The position numbers and the translations under genes were made by a program. A stretch of DNA of 64,000 nt. Origin: Eledone cirrhosa. Taxonomy: Eukaryota. Position 1 is the stretch's first letter; each line of letters starts with the position of its first letter. The stretch spans positions 30,380,001 to 30,444,000 of the forward strand of contig OZ024747.1 in the NCBI GenBank assembly GCA_964016885.1, in the 5' to 3' direction. The notes below the pieces were generated by a model. The model searched no databases. It had not been told where the DNA came from and saw only the letters and a list, made by a program, of their open reading frames with translations. Below are positions 51,975 through 64,000 of the stretch, one piece after another.

Positions 51975-53123
51975 TGTAAGGCAGAATCACAATGTTTCTG
52001 GACTAGTTCTGTAGCACACCAACAGATGGCAACACATGGTTGCACGCAGTGTTCACTTCGCAAGTTATGAAATGTGTGTTTTTGTGATCGTGTGTATGCT
52101 GTAGGCTATGAACAGGAAGTTGAAACAAAGAGCCAATGTGAAATTTTGCATTCAACTTAGGAAATCTGCAACATAGACGTTGAGGATGCTTCAGCAAGCT
52201 TACAGCAATGAGGCAATGGGTCGTATGTAATGTTTTGAGAGGTATGTGCGCTTTCAAAAGTGGAAGATGAGTGATCTGGAAGACCTGCCATGAACGTCAT
52301 CCCTGGAAATGTGGAGAAAATTAATCAGCTTGTACATGAGTATTGTCAGAGGACAATCAATGATATTGCTGAAGTTGTTGGTCTGTTGTATGGGGTCCAT
52401 GCAGGCAATCCTAATGTCTGAATTGAACATGCGGCATGTCACTGCCAAGTTTGTCCTCCACCTACTGACCACTGAGCAGACTAAACATCACATCAAAGTC
52501 TGTCAATATCTCTGTCAGGATGCCACTGATGACCCATCCTTCATGTTGAGGATCATCTCTGCTGAAAAGAGTTGGTTCTATGGGTATCACCCTGGGATGA
52601 AGCAGCAGTTGTCACAGTGGAAAATCCCTCTATCTCCATGACTGGAGAAGGCATGACAGAGCCACAGCTCAATCAAGAGCATGCTCATCGTTTTTTTCAA
52701 CATTTGCAGCAATGTGCATTGAGAATTCATCTCCCAGGACCAGACCATCAATCGAGAATTTTACCACAACGTTTTGAGGTGTTTGAGGGAGGACTTTCAG
52801 TGAAAGTGACTGGATCTGTGGAGTGTGAACAATTGGATTCTTCATGACGACAATGCACCGTCACTGAGCTCTACTCACTCTTGAGTTTCTTCTCCAAAAC
52901 AACCTTGTATCACTTCTGCACCCACCCTATTCCATAGATTCAGCACCTGCAGACTTCCATCTTTTCTCGAAGCTGAAAATGCAGCACAAAGGTCACCGTT
53001 TTAACACTGTTGCCCACATCCACAATGAATCGCAGAAGGTTCTTGACTTACTTGGCTGGATTCCAAAAGTGGTAGGAATGCTGAGACTGTTGACTATTTT
53101 GAAGGAGATTATGTTAAAACTTA

Positions 53124-53127
<4 letters not shown>
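51975..53127 (+). mobile_element. Decayed mariner (Tc1/mariner) transposon
   Basis: QRANVKFC, HVTAKFVLHLLT, ISAEKSWFYGY, HDDNAPSL and HPPYSIDSAPADFHLFSKLK remnants. The right TIR is not visible. Confidence 0.85.
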
Positions 53128-53154
<27 letters not shown>

Positions 53155-53419
53155 TAATAATAATAATAATAATAATGTTTTCTTTATTAACCACAAGAGT
53201 TTACATAAAGTAGACATTAAGGACAGTACAGGACAATACAGGATGGTACAAATGGGCATTTTTGCGTGTAAAAAAAACAGAGGATGTAATAAAATAACAA
53301 AGAAAAATTCCCCAATGAGGGAAGACTTCCGAGGGACATTTGTGGAGAAAGCCCATTAAAAGACCACAGTGACCCTGACCACCAGGGCAAGTGCCCTCTC
53401 CCAGTTTTCCACCTTTAAT

Positions 53420-56400
53420 TTACAGACACATACTCAGAGAAGGCCCATTCATTCGGGCCATACTTGCTTCTCTCACCCATCTTTCAACAAAATGCTGGGA
53501 AGAGAGCACTTCCCTCTCTACCCTGATTTTCCTTTTCAAATGAAATTTGAAAAAGTTAATCAGGGCATCACCGAAGAGGTAAGTGCTCGTCTTCAGCCCT
53601 TTCAAACGTGTCCACCATACTATCTCTTTCGCCATGGCCACCAGACAGATAAAAACTGCCTGCCCTTCCCGGCTAAAGGAAGAGGGCGGGGCAATCCTCA
53701 CGATGGACTCAGCTGATAGCTGGATCCGTCCTACACGTGACAGCAGGTGTTCGACATAAACCCACAAGTCAGCAATGCTCGGACACTGGACGAGTGCGTA
53801 CAGGACGGTTTCGTCGCCCTGTGCGCATCTCGGACATGCCCGGCTGACGGCACCTCCATGCCTGTAGAGTTTATCCCGAACTGGCAAAGCTCCCCGGTAG
53901 CACTGCCAGGCCAGGGATTTCTGGAAGTTGTCCATAGGCCCTGGCCCGAAAGTCCTTCCGAAGAGATTGGCTAGTTGATTTTCGTCGACGCCTAGAGTTT
54001 CTCCAAGTACGTCGTCGCTCTTCCCCTCCACTAATCCCCTATAGAACGCCAAGGTGGAGTTTCCATCGATCACATTGCCCGATTGGTCGAGGGCTGTGAG
54101 CGCCTGAAGACATTCCAGTCTCCAAGCGCTCCCTCTCGGTCTTCGCTTGACCCAGGACTGCAGCTCCGTCAAGGAGACGAGCTGGGGAAAAACGTGTCTA
54201 GCAAACGGCGACCACACCTGATCACCGTCGAGGAAGAGGTGGAGATGTCGTAGCCTGAGCGCGTGTCTGCACATCATCAGCCACGGCATGCCCAGTCTTC
54301 CACGTAGTGGGTGTTGACAGCAGATGGACCGCCTGACCATCGGAGCACGTCCCTTCCACAAGAAGCGAAAGAGCAAACGCTCCAGCGCAGTCAGGCGGGG
54401 CTTAGGACAAGGTACGACGGTCAGGCGGTAGTAGATGACGGACGCGATATACGCGTTAGCCACCTCTGCTCGACCTTTCAGGGATAGCTTCCTCTCGGCC
54501 CATTTCTGGGTGAGAGAAGCCTCCCTGCTTGTCACCTCGTCCCAGTTTTTGTCCGTCTGGAGGTCTGGACCGAACCAGACCCCTAGCAATTTAACCGGTC
54601 CGTCCGTCCAGCGCCCGACGACGCTGTTGGACGGCATGGAGCTGCCTCTCCAGGTGCCGAGCTGCAGGCCCACTGACTTTTCCTGGTTGATCATTGCTCC
54701 TGTCACCGCTTCGTATTCTCTTAGTGTAGTGCCTTGATGTGTTTGCCGTTCGACACCACTACGGTGACATCGTCCGCATATGCTGACACGGATCTTCCGC
54801 ATCCTAGTTCGCGCGGGACCCCCCTCAACGTCTCCAGTTTGTGCAGTAATGGCTTGAGAGTCAATACGTACAAGAGGGACGAGAGGGGACATCCTTGGCG
54901 GATCGAGCGCATGATGTTGAACAGTTCTGAAAGGTGACCGTTCGCTCTCACCACAGAGCAGATGTCGCTGTGCATGGCAGCGATCCAGCCTCTGAAGACG
55001 GGCCCAAAGCCAGCCGCCCTCAGGACTGCCGCTAGGTAACGATGGTCGACCCTATTGAAAGCTTTCGACTGATCTAAATTGATCAAGGACACACCCGTGC
55101 CAGGTTCCCTAGCTACCCTCTCTACGATGTATCGCATGAGGTGGAGGTTGTCGTGGATGGATCTGTCGGGAATGGTGCATGTCTACGCCTCTCCCACCAG
55201 ACCACCAACGACAAGCGCCAACCTTTTGCTAGCACCTTGGCCAAAATCTTGAACTCTGTGTTTAGCAGAGTTATGGGCCGAAAATTATCTATGTTATCCC
55301 CTTTGTTCGGATCCTTTCTCAGCAGCACCACCGCTCCTCGGCTCACAGACCTGGGAATTCTCCCGTTCTGTTGCCATTAGCAGTAGACGTCCGCCAAGAG
55401 GCCTCCGAACAAGTCTGGCATCTGTACGTAAAGTTCATAGGGCAGATCATCCAAACCAGGCGATTTACCCCTTGTGCAGCCAGTCATTGCCTCCCGTACT
55501 TCAGCGGCTCTTATCAGCCTTTCGCAACACTCCGCCTCAGTGGCCGAGAGCCGCGGCAGTCCGTCGAGGTAGACACTAAAGTCCATCCCTCGACCCGGCC
55601 CACAGCTGAGCGAAGTTTCGCTGAAAAGCTTCACACATTTTCCCGGGATCGAGTAGCATGCGCCCGTTGTGGTCCACCAAAGACCGGATCGTGGCTTTGT
55701 TGCCACCACGTGCCTCCGCCACTTGGGCCCATTGAACGGCTTTCGTCCCCTCGTGTCTGAGAGCACGCACCCTTGCTCTGACAACGCAGCCTTTGTGCTT
55801 TGCATTGAAGATTTGGTCAAGGGCCAACTTCGCCGCAAGCACGTCGGTCGCAATGCCTTTGCTAAGCGCCTCGTCTAATTTTCTAACTAGTTCTCCCTCT
55901 GCTATATTTTTCTCTATTGCTAAAGCCTTACTTAACCTAATCGATTCTATACTAATCGCTCTTTTCAGAGCAAACCACCACTTGTTGACGATGGCCCCCG
56001 TCAACGCCCGCTTAACTAGTTCGCTAATCCGGTCTCTGTAGGCCTTGTGCGCTGGTAAGGACGCGTTTAGCTTCCAGTAGCCGGGTCCTCGTCTATGAAG
56101 CCTATCTAAGTCAAGCACACAGATCACGAATTTGTGGTCCGTGTAGCTGACTATCTTGAATTGTGGACAGCCTATGCTAGACCTATCTATTTCCCTACAA
56201 AATACTCTATCTAGATATGATCTGGATGACCCTATGCGATTTGTCCAAGTCCACATTGTCACATTCGGGATATCCAATCGGTACCTGTCAGACAGTTCGA
56301 AACGCCTGAGCAGGTTGGTGAGGCTCTTGCACCCTCCACCCCTATCCGCTAATCCCACACAGTCCCAGCGTGCATCTAAGATCCCGTTCCAGTCGCCCAC

Positions 56401-56814
56401 TAACACTAAAGAGCGGGACGTTCCAAGAAAGGTCTCCAGATGCCGGAAGAAATCAGGCCGCCCTGCTCCTGTCGGGGCATAGACGGCCACTAGCCTGAAA
56501 GCTTGCCCGTCTCCGCTGGTCACGTCCAGCACCACCAACTTACCCTCTGGGTCCAGGAAGATGGCCCGTATGGCGAGATCCAAACCTCTCCGAAAAAGCA
56601 CAGCAACTCCTCCCCCCAATCCAGGATGGCTGGGAGATGCATACACATCGTAGCCGCCCAAGATCGGTGCAAAGGCCCGTGCTTCGGAGATTCTGGTCTC
56701 GCTGATGGCCACTACATCTATGTTTAGTGACCTGAGGTCGTTGAGCAGGTGACCCTGCTTCCATGACGACCCCAATCCACGCGCATTTATGCTGCCTATT
56801 CTGAGTGAGGTCAT
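53420..56814 (-). pseudogene. L1/Tx1 ORF2 (APE endonuclease plus RT), several frameshifts
   Basis: SINARGL, ISET, VYAP, GDWN, SYLDR, TDH, GYWKLN, KSPGLDDLPYE, FRPITLLN, LDQSKAFNRVDH, RQGCPLS, YADDV, LLGV and CPRC..ETVLYALVQC. Confidence 0.92.
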
Positions 56815-56849
56815 GTTTAAAATAGAGTGGAAAAGATGGGAAAGACCAC

Positions 56850-58760
56850 TTACCGTACTTTTCGTAGAGGAGGGATGGTTTTTACATCCCTTTTCACTTG
56901 ATCGTCTGGTGAAGGGACCGTTGAATCGTCCCTTCGGCTGGTCGTCGCCTCTTCTATGAGTATGTCCGAATATACTCTTCGGTTGATAGTTCCTCCTAGG
57001 TCTCTGAAATCCCCAACTGCGTTGGGGAATTTCGTTTTAATGTTTGTGTATTGTTTCTGTGCTATTTTTAGCAGTCTTATGTTAGTTGGCGTTTTGATTG
57101 GTGCTGGTATTATGTAGTCGTGTTGTGAAATGTCTGTGTGTTCAATTATGTAAGTCATTAGTTTCTTGTTGTGTGTATTTATTGTCGTGCATTTGTTTTT
57201 CTGGGGGTGGGGTGTGGTTCTGCTATTTTCTTGTCGTTGTTGCTGGGTCTGTGTGTTTTGTTGTTGTGTTTGGGATGTTGGTGCTTGTGGTGGTGGTGTT
57301 GAAGGTGTTGTTGGTGGTGGGGTTGTCGCCGGTGGTGATGGTGGTGCTAGTGTGGGTGGTGATGGTGTTGGTGGTGTTGTTGCTATGAGTCTCTTTGCAG
57401 TAGACGTTACCCTTTTTTCATTTCTTTCATCCCTTTTCAAAGGCGACGATGCGCTGCTTCTGCGTTTGTGCCTTCTTACGACCTTTTGCAATCCCTCTCC
57501 CACCTCACACTCCATGTCTGATTCTGTGAGGTCGGGGAGGGGTACCAGCTCCACTCTTTCACTTGTTGTTGTTGGTGATGTTTGCACTGGAGTCTCTGTT
57601 GCAGCTGCATTTGGTATTGCTGTTGTTGTTGTTAATACTTCCACTGCTGCTGCTGTTTTTGATTTCCGTGGCGTGGGTATGGGTGCCACGGAGCTATCGT
57701 TCCTGGTTGCCGCTTGTCCTGTTGCTGGTAGCCGTGGAGCCGGTTTCGGAAGGAGGGGGTTTTCTCCTTTCTCAGGGTCTTCTCGTTGCAGAAGGCCCTG
57801 AGGTGAGTCTTCGATCCACAGCGGAAGCATTTCGGGCGTTTGCCCTCAACACTTATGGGCAGTTGAGTGCCGTTATTGAAGTCTATCACATCCGGCATAG
57901 CTTCGATGCACTCCTGGTTGGTTTGGATTAACATCTCAATGGAGGCGCCGACCCAATCTTCTCTTACTTTTTTCTGTACTTGCAGTACAGTTGTTTTGTC
58001 CTCGATTCCGACGAGGACAGACGCGGCCAGCCAAGAAGGGGCTATCCCGGGGGGGACGTGGGTCAGTTTGACCCTCACAATTTTTTGCCCGCAGTAGGAG
58101 GGCACCAACACCATTTCCTCGCTCCTTAGGGTCACTAAGGATTGAGCCTTTGCCTCCTGGGGTGTGGAAAAAAGCACGCCTACGGTGGCATATTTCTTGC
58201 TTCGGGTGATATGCGTTTTCCACTGACACACAGACCCTAAGGCTTTTTGTATTTGAGCCTCTGTGGCTCTTTCAACCCTACGGGATTTTGTGCTTACTGT
58301 ACGGTACGTGACCGTACAGTGCTGTTGGGTTTCGAAAAATTTTCGGCTGCCTTGCAGATTGCTCAGTGTCCGTTTTTCGTCACCATCTTTTTCGCTTCCT
58401 GTAATTCCTCATTTGTTATGAGGATGGTTTCCAGGTTCTTTGCGATACCTGCAAACGAGATCGGTTTTTCTTTGCTGCTGTTGTTGTTGTTGTTGTTGTC
58501 GTCAGAGCTGCTGTTACTTTTGTTGTTGCTGCAGGTACTACGACTACTGCCGCCGCCGCTGTTGCTGTGGTTGTTGTTGTTGTTGCTGCTGCTGCTGTTG
58601 TTGTTGCTGTTGCTGCTAATGATGTTATTGTTTATGCTGCTGCTGCTGCTGTTGCGGCTGCTACTGTTGTTTTCCTTGTCACTGTTGCTGATGCTGCTGT
58701 TATTACGGCTGCTACTGCTATTATTCCTGACGTCAGACGAATGAAATGGGTTTTCGTATT
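56850..58760 (-). pseudogene. L1/Tx1 ORF1 (low-complexity N-terminus, CCHC knuckle, Pro/Thr-rich region), frameshifted
   Basis: CFRCGSKTHLRAFC knuckle; ORF pieces 58363-58902, 57632-58231 and 56850-57830 lie directly upstream of ORF2. Confidence 0.8.
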
Positions 58761-59216
58761 TCCCGCACACCTTTTTCGTCGTTGTAGTCGTCGTCGTGGA
58801 GAAATCTTGCACGCTTTGCACGTGATTTTTCTTTTCTGGCGTCGCTTGCGAAAGAGAAGGGAGGGAGAGAGACACATTTAGAGAAGGGAGGGAGAGAGAC
58901 AATCTTCTCTCTGCTGTAGTGACGATTGAGAAGACGGAATGAGTGGGAGTGACCTATGAAAATTCTTTTTCGTAGCCATGTTTTTTTTGTTGAAAATAAA
59001 TATTGGGCACAAAACCCCAATAAGCGGTTATTTATCCCCGAAGGGCCAAATAACGTGCAGAAAGACCCCTCTCATGAGGAGGAGGGTGTTTTTGTCTACA
59101 ATTTGGTTAAAGTTTTAAACAATTTACAATTGTTATAGCGGTCAAAATTTACAATACCTTACAGAGCCGAGCCTCCGTCAACCATAGCATTCAATAATAA
59201 TAATAATAATAATAAT

Positions 59217-62077
59217 TGACATAGAAATTTTAACAAACTATAAAGTAAGTGAACATGTTAAACAAACTAAACTTAGAAAATTGAAAAGAAAGTACAGTAT
59301 AAAATCAACAAGTGACATAGACATGCTGATAGAAATAATCAATCAAAAAGTGTCGGCCAAAGCAGCTCGTATAAGGCGCTTTGAAAAACGATCTAGATTC
59401 TATAAGGACAATAATATGTTCAAAAACAACCAAAGAAACTTCTACAGAAAAATTGGTAAGTTAACAATAACTGCTAAATCAATACCACCCAAGGAGGGAG
59501 TGAAAGAATTCTGGGAAAAGATCTGGGCCGAAGAAAAAGTTCATAATATACATGCCCCATGGATAGACAGACAAATGAAAGATACAGCTCACCTTGAGGA
59601 ACAAATATGGGAAAATATAACAGTTGAACAGTTGCATTTGGCTCTTAGAAAAACCAGCAAATGGAAATCCCCAGGAAAAGACAAAATACAAAATTTTGGG
59701 ATAAATGCCTTCACAGAGTCTCATGAGCTGTTAGCCCAACTTTACAATGAAATAGTTAAGGAGCCAGAAAAAATACCATCATGGCTAGTTAACGGCATTA
59801 CATTCCTGCTTCCGAAGAATGATGAGACAAACAATCTCAAAAATTACAGACCGATAACTTGCTTGATCACAATGTATAACATTTTAACATCAGTCCTAAC
59901 TGAATATACATATGACCACCTGATAACAAATGACCTATTTCCCATTGAGCAGAATGGGTGTAAACGAGGCTCATATGGCTGTAAGGATCAGCTTTTGGTT
60001 AACAAAGTGATACTGGAAGATTTTCATAATAGACACAAAAATCTATCAATTGCTTGGATAGATTATAAAAAAGCATTCGATAGTTTGCCACACAGTTGGA
60101 TTGAAAAATGTTTAGAGATTTTCAAAATACCTCCCGTTGTCAGGAGGTTTTTGTCATTCAGTATGAAGACATGGAAAACGACACTCCTTTTGAATAGTGA
60201 AACAAAATCACTGGAAGCTGGAGAAGTTAATATTAATTGTGGAATTTTTCAGGGTGACTCTTTATCACCGCTTTTATTCTGCATCGCACTTATACCATTA
60301 AGTAAAATGCTCAATGAAACAAAACATGGATATAAAGTCTATGACAAAACCATTAATCACTTGTTCTACATGGATGACCTGAAACTATTTGCAAAAAATG
60401 ATGAACAATTGCAAGGGCTATTATCCACTGTCGAGCAGTTCAGTGATGACATTAAAATGGAGTTTGGACTAGATAAATGCGCCAAAGCAACAGTCACCAG
60501 AGGAAAGCTGCTGAAAAGTTCAGACATTAATCTTGATCGGGGGAATGTGATAAGAGAACTTGATCAAGAGGAAACTTACAAATATCTAGGTGTTTGTGAA
60601 GGAGACGGAATCAAGAAACTCGACAATGAGGGAAAGGATAAGGAAGGAATGTTACCGCAGAGTAAGAGCAATCTTAAGAACAGAATTGAATGCAAGGAAT
60701 AGGATCGATGCCATAAACACGCATGCCATACCAGTCGTAACCTACAGTTACAATGTCATCAACTGGTCAAGCACAGAGATCTGTAGGCTCGATACAAAAA
60801 TTCGAAAATTCTTAACCATGCACAGAATGCATCACCCTAAGGCAGATACAGATAGAATATATCTCCCTAGGAAAGAAGGAGGACGTGGGTTAATCCAGTT
60901 AGACATTGTGTTGAAAACGGCAACAATTGGATTATCTACATATCTAAGGGAATCACATGTTTGGATGATCAAATTCGTTTTGAAACACGAAAGCATCAAA
61001 AGATCATACTCCATTACAAAAGATGCACAAAGATACAGTAATGGACTACAAATTTCAGAAGTCCCATTTACTGCTGAAATGGAAAAGACAGAAAAAGCAA
61101 AGCAGGTAAAAGTAACTGCAAAGAAAGAACTGCTACAGAAACTGGCTAAGAAATGGCAAGAAAAGCCTCTGTATGGAAAATACCCAGAACGAGCTAACAA
61201 TCCTGATGTTGACAAAACTTTAACCCATCAGTGGTTGGCATCCTCTGGACTGAAATCGGAGACTGAAGGTCTGATTATATCAGCACAAGATCAGTGTCTG
61301 CCAACAAAAAATTACCAAGTCAACATAATAAAAAATGGATGCAGCCCATTATGCCGTGTATGTGAAAAACAACCAGAGACCATTGACCATATAATTTCAA
61401 TGTGCAGTCCTATAGTTCCAACCGAATACCTAAACAGGCATGACAGAGCTGCACAATACATACATTGGATAATGTGTAAGCATTTTGACCTGCCCCATCA
61501 AAAGAATTGGTGGGAGCATCAACCACCTCCCATACTTGAAAAAGATCACATCTCAATCTTGTGGAACTTTAGCATCCAAACAGACTGAAAAATAGATGCA
61601 AATAGACCTGATATAATACTGAAGGACTTTAAAAAGAGGGTATGCCTGCTAATTGATATGTCCGTTCCAATAGACAAGAATGTATCTATAAAAACATTTG
61701 AAAAATTGAGCAAGTATAAGGAGCTGGAGATAGAAATTAGAAAAATGTGGAAATTGAGAACTAAAACAATACCAGTGGTTGTAGGCACTCTAGGAATGAT
61801 ACCTAAGGGGTCTAATGATTACTTATCACAAATCCCAGGAAACCCGCGTATAGGAGAAATACAAAAGATAGTACTAATGGGAACTGCCCATATACTAAGG
61901 AAGATTCTGTCAATATAAGTACATCACAAGTCTAAACACCTAAAGATGCATGTGTGAGTATGTATGTTCTTTCTTGAACATAGCGGACCTTGTTGTCTCG
62001 AGGTCACTGGTTGTGACTTGGTGATAACTCGTATGAACATAAAGCAAGATAAATGCAGCTGTAATAATAATAATAAT
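59217..62077 (+). mobile_element. R4/Dong-clade non-LTR element (RT plus CCHC plus restriction-like endonuclease), 5'-truncated, between (TAA)n tracts
   Basis: [76 protein letters not shown] and RPD..IDMSVP..K..KY. There is one frameshift near 60610 and one TGA at 61586. Confidence 0.92.
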
Positions 62078-64000
62078 ATCAAGGGTAATGATGTTACCAA
62101 CTATAGACCTATCACATGTCTGTCCGTAATGTGGAAACTGTTGACAAGTATTGTGTCTGAGGAAATCTACCATCACCTCCACACAAACAACTTGTTACCG
62201 GACGAACAGAAAGGATGCCGAAAGAAGTCCTGCGGTACAAAGGACCAGTTACTTATTGCTAAGCTGGTAATGAGGAATTGCAAGAGGAGACACACGGGTC
62301 TTGCCATGGGATGGATATACTACAAAAAGGCATTTGACATGGTGCCTCGTTCTTGGATCACCAAAAGCCTAGAGATCTTCAAGGTGGCAGATAACATCAG
62401 ACAGTTGTTGAACAAAAGTATGAAGTCCTGGAAAATAGAGTTAACATCAGCTGGAGAATCCTTGGGAGGCATGAAGATCAAGAGAGGTATCTTCCAGGGA
62501 GATAGTCTGTCCCCTCTGTTGTTTGTCCTTGCCCTGATGCCCCTGACCATTATACTGTGAAAAGTGAGAGCAGGATACAAGTTGGGAAAGGGAGAGCTTA
62601 CCATCAATCACCTCCTCTTCATGGACGATCTTAAGCTCTTCGGGAAGAGTGAGAAGGAATTGGATGTGCTTGTTGACACTGTCCATATTTTCAGCAATGA
62701 TATATGTATGCAATTTGGTATTAGTAAGTGTGGAGTCCTTGTGATGAAGAGGGGTAAATTGAGCAGAAGCACGGAATCCAGGTACCAACAGGTGAGATGA
62801 TAAAGGAAATTGACACTGAAGAAGGATACAAGTATTTGGGTATTCTGGAGGCTGATGACATCAAGAACAAAAAAATGAAGGAATTGATAATATCTGAATA
62901 CATTCGGAGAGTAAGGAGTGTATTAAAGTCACATCTGAACAGTAGGAATGCTATAAGTGCAGTAAATTCCCGAGCTGTGTCTATTATTAGGTACAGTGCG
63001 GGAATTCTGAGATGGAATGTTGCTGAACAAAAAGAAATGGATAGGAAGACTAGGAAGCTATTCACTATCTACAACATGTTCCACAAGAGGAGTGATGTTG
63101 ATAGACTCTACTTAAGGAGATCTGAAGGTGGAAGAGGTCTTATCAGCATAGAGGACTGTGTTCAGATGGAGAAAAACAACCTACACAAATACGTGACCGA
63201 TAGTAAGGAGCCAATGCTCAGAATTGTACTGAAGGAGAGGACAATAGACCAGGGGATGTCCAAGGAGGAAATAACAACGAGGAAAAAGAGCAACCTTCAT
63301 GAAAAATCCCTTCATAGTACCTTCTTTGAGAAAACGGAATTCAGAGATCCACAGACATGGAACTGGTTGAGAAGAGGAGACCTTAAAAAGGCTACAGAAG
63401 GAATGCTAATGGCTGCGCAAGAGCAGGCCCTCAAAACGAAGAGGCTGAAACACCATATTTACAAGGAGGAGGCTAGTCCACTGTGCAGGATCTGTGGAGA
63501 GAGAGAGGAGACTGTGGCTCACATTGTATCCGAGTGTAAACATCTAGCCCAGACTCACTATAAAGGCTGGAGACATGATGTGATGGGCAGGGTGATCCTA
63601 TGCAAAGTAAACAATTTACCACATTCTGAGAAGTGGTATAAGCCAGAGTCGGTGATAGAAAGCGATCAGGTGAAGGTGCTATGGGATTTTAGGATACAGA
63701 CAGACAAGAAACTGGAACACAATAGACCTGAACTGGTGGTTTTGGACAAGGAAAAAAGATTGTGCCTGATTGAGGATGTGGCCTGCCCATTCGACACGAG
63801 AGTGCAAGAGAAGGAGAGGGTGAAAATTAACCGATACCAGGACTTAAAGTGGATGGTTAAAATGATTTGGAACTGCCATGAAGTCAAAGTGGTCCCCATT
63901 GTCATAGGCGCACTAGGGACTATCTCAAAAAGTTTCCAGGGATGGTTAAAGAAAATTGGCTCTGCCCCGCTTTTTGGAACACTTCAAAAGGCATGCTTGC
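62078..64000 (+). mobile_element. Second, divergent R4/Dong-clade element, 5'-truncated, running off the window
   Basis: [57 protein letters not shown] and RPELVV..EDVACP. It starts immediately after (TAA)5. Confidence 0.92.

Larger units (their letters stand above)
53155..59192 (-). mobile_element. Near full-length L1/Tx1-type LINE flanked on both sides by (AAT)n
   Basis: 5' region, ORF1 with CCHC knuckle, ORF2 with APE-RT-Cys finger, 3'UTR with AATAAA and a (TTA)n tail. Confidence 0.92.

Noticed and set aside
57098-58881. Plus-strand Val/Gly/Leu-rich ORFs that look like membrane proteins (also 326-644)
   Set aside because: They are antisense shadows of low-complexity LINE ORF1 sequence.
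61586-61588. In-frame TGA in the Dong-like ORF as selenocysteine or readthrough
   Set aside because: It is most simply a point mutation at a basic residue (the second element has Lys here), and the copy is also frameshifted and 5'-truncated.

Overview
AT-rich animal genomic DNA, almost entirely transposable elements and (TA)n/(CA)n/(CAT)n/(AAT)n microsatellites. The repeat landscape suggests an octopod cephalopod, which is inference only. I found no convincing host gene, rRNA, real tRNA gene or CRISPR array. Content: several Penelope-like elements (PLEs; RT plus GIY-YIG), RTE LINEs (one with an intact 705-aa RT ORF), a CR1-type LINE, a near full-length L1/Tx1-type LINE, two tandem R4/Dong-type LINEs bounded by (TAA)n, a decayed mariner, a long-TIR foldback/MITE and at least two tRNA-derived SINE families. 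The main unexplained signal is three short, ORF-less fold-back elements (about 11.3-11.65, 19.0-19.6 and 37.5-37.75 kb). Their arm sequences are dissimilar, but each carries a minimal type I hammerhead ribozyme motif (stem I-CUGANGA-stem II-GAAA-palindromic hexamer-UA-stem I'), in two cases on both strands. A 348-bp insertion copied from nearby DNA interrupts one Penelope RT. All calls were made by eye and no database searches were run.
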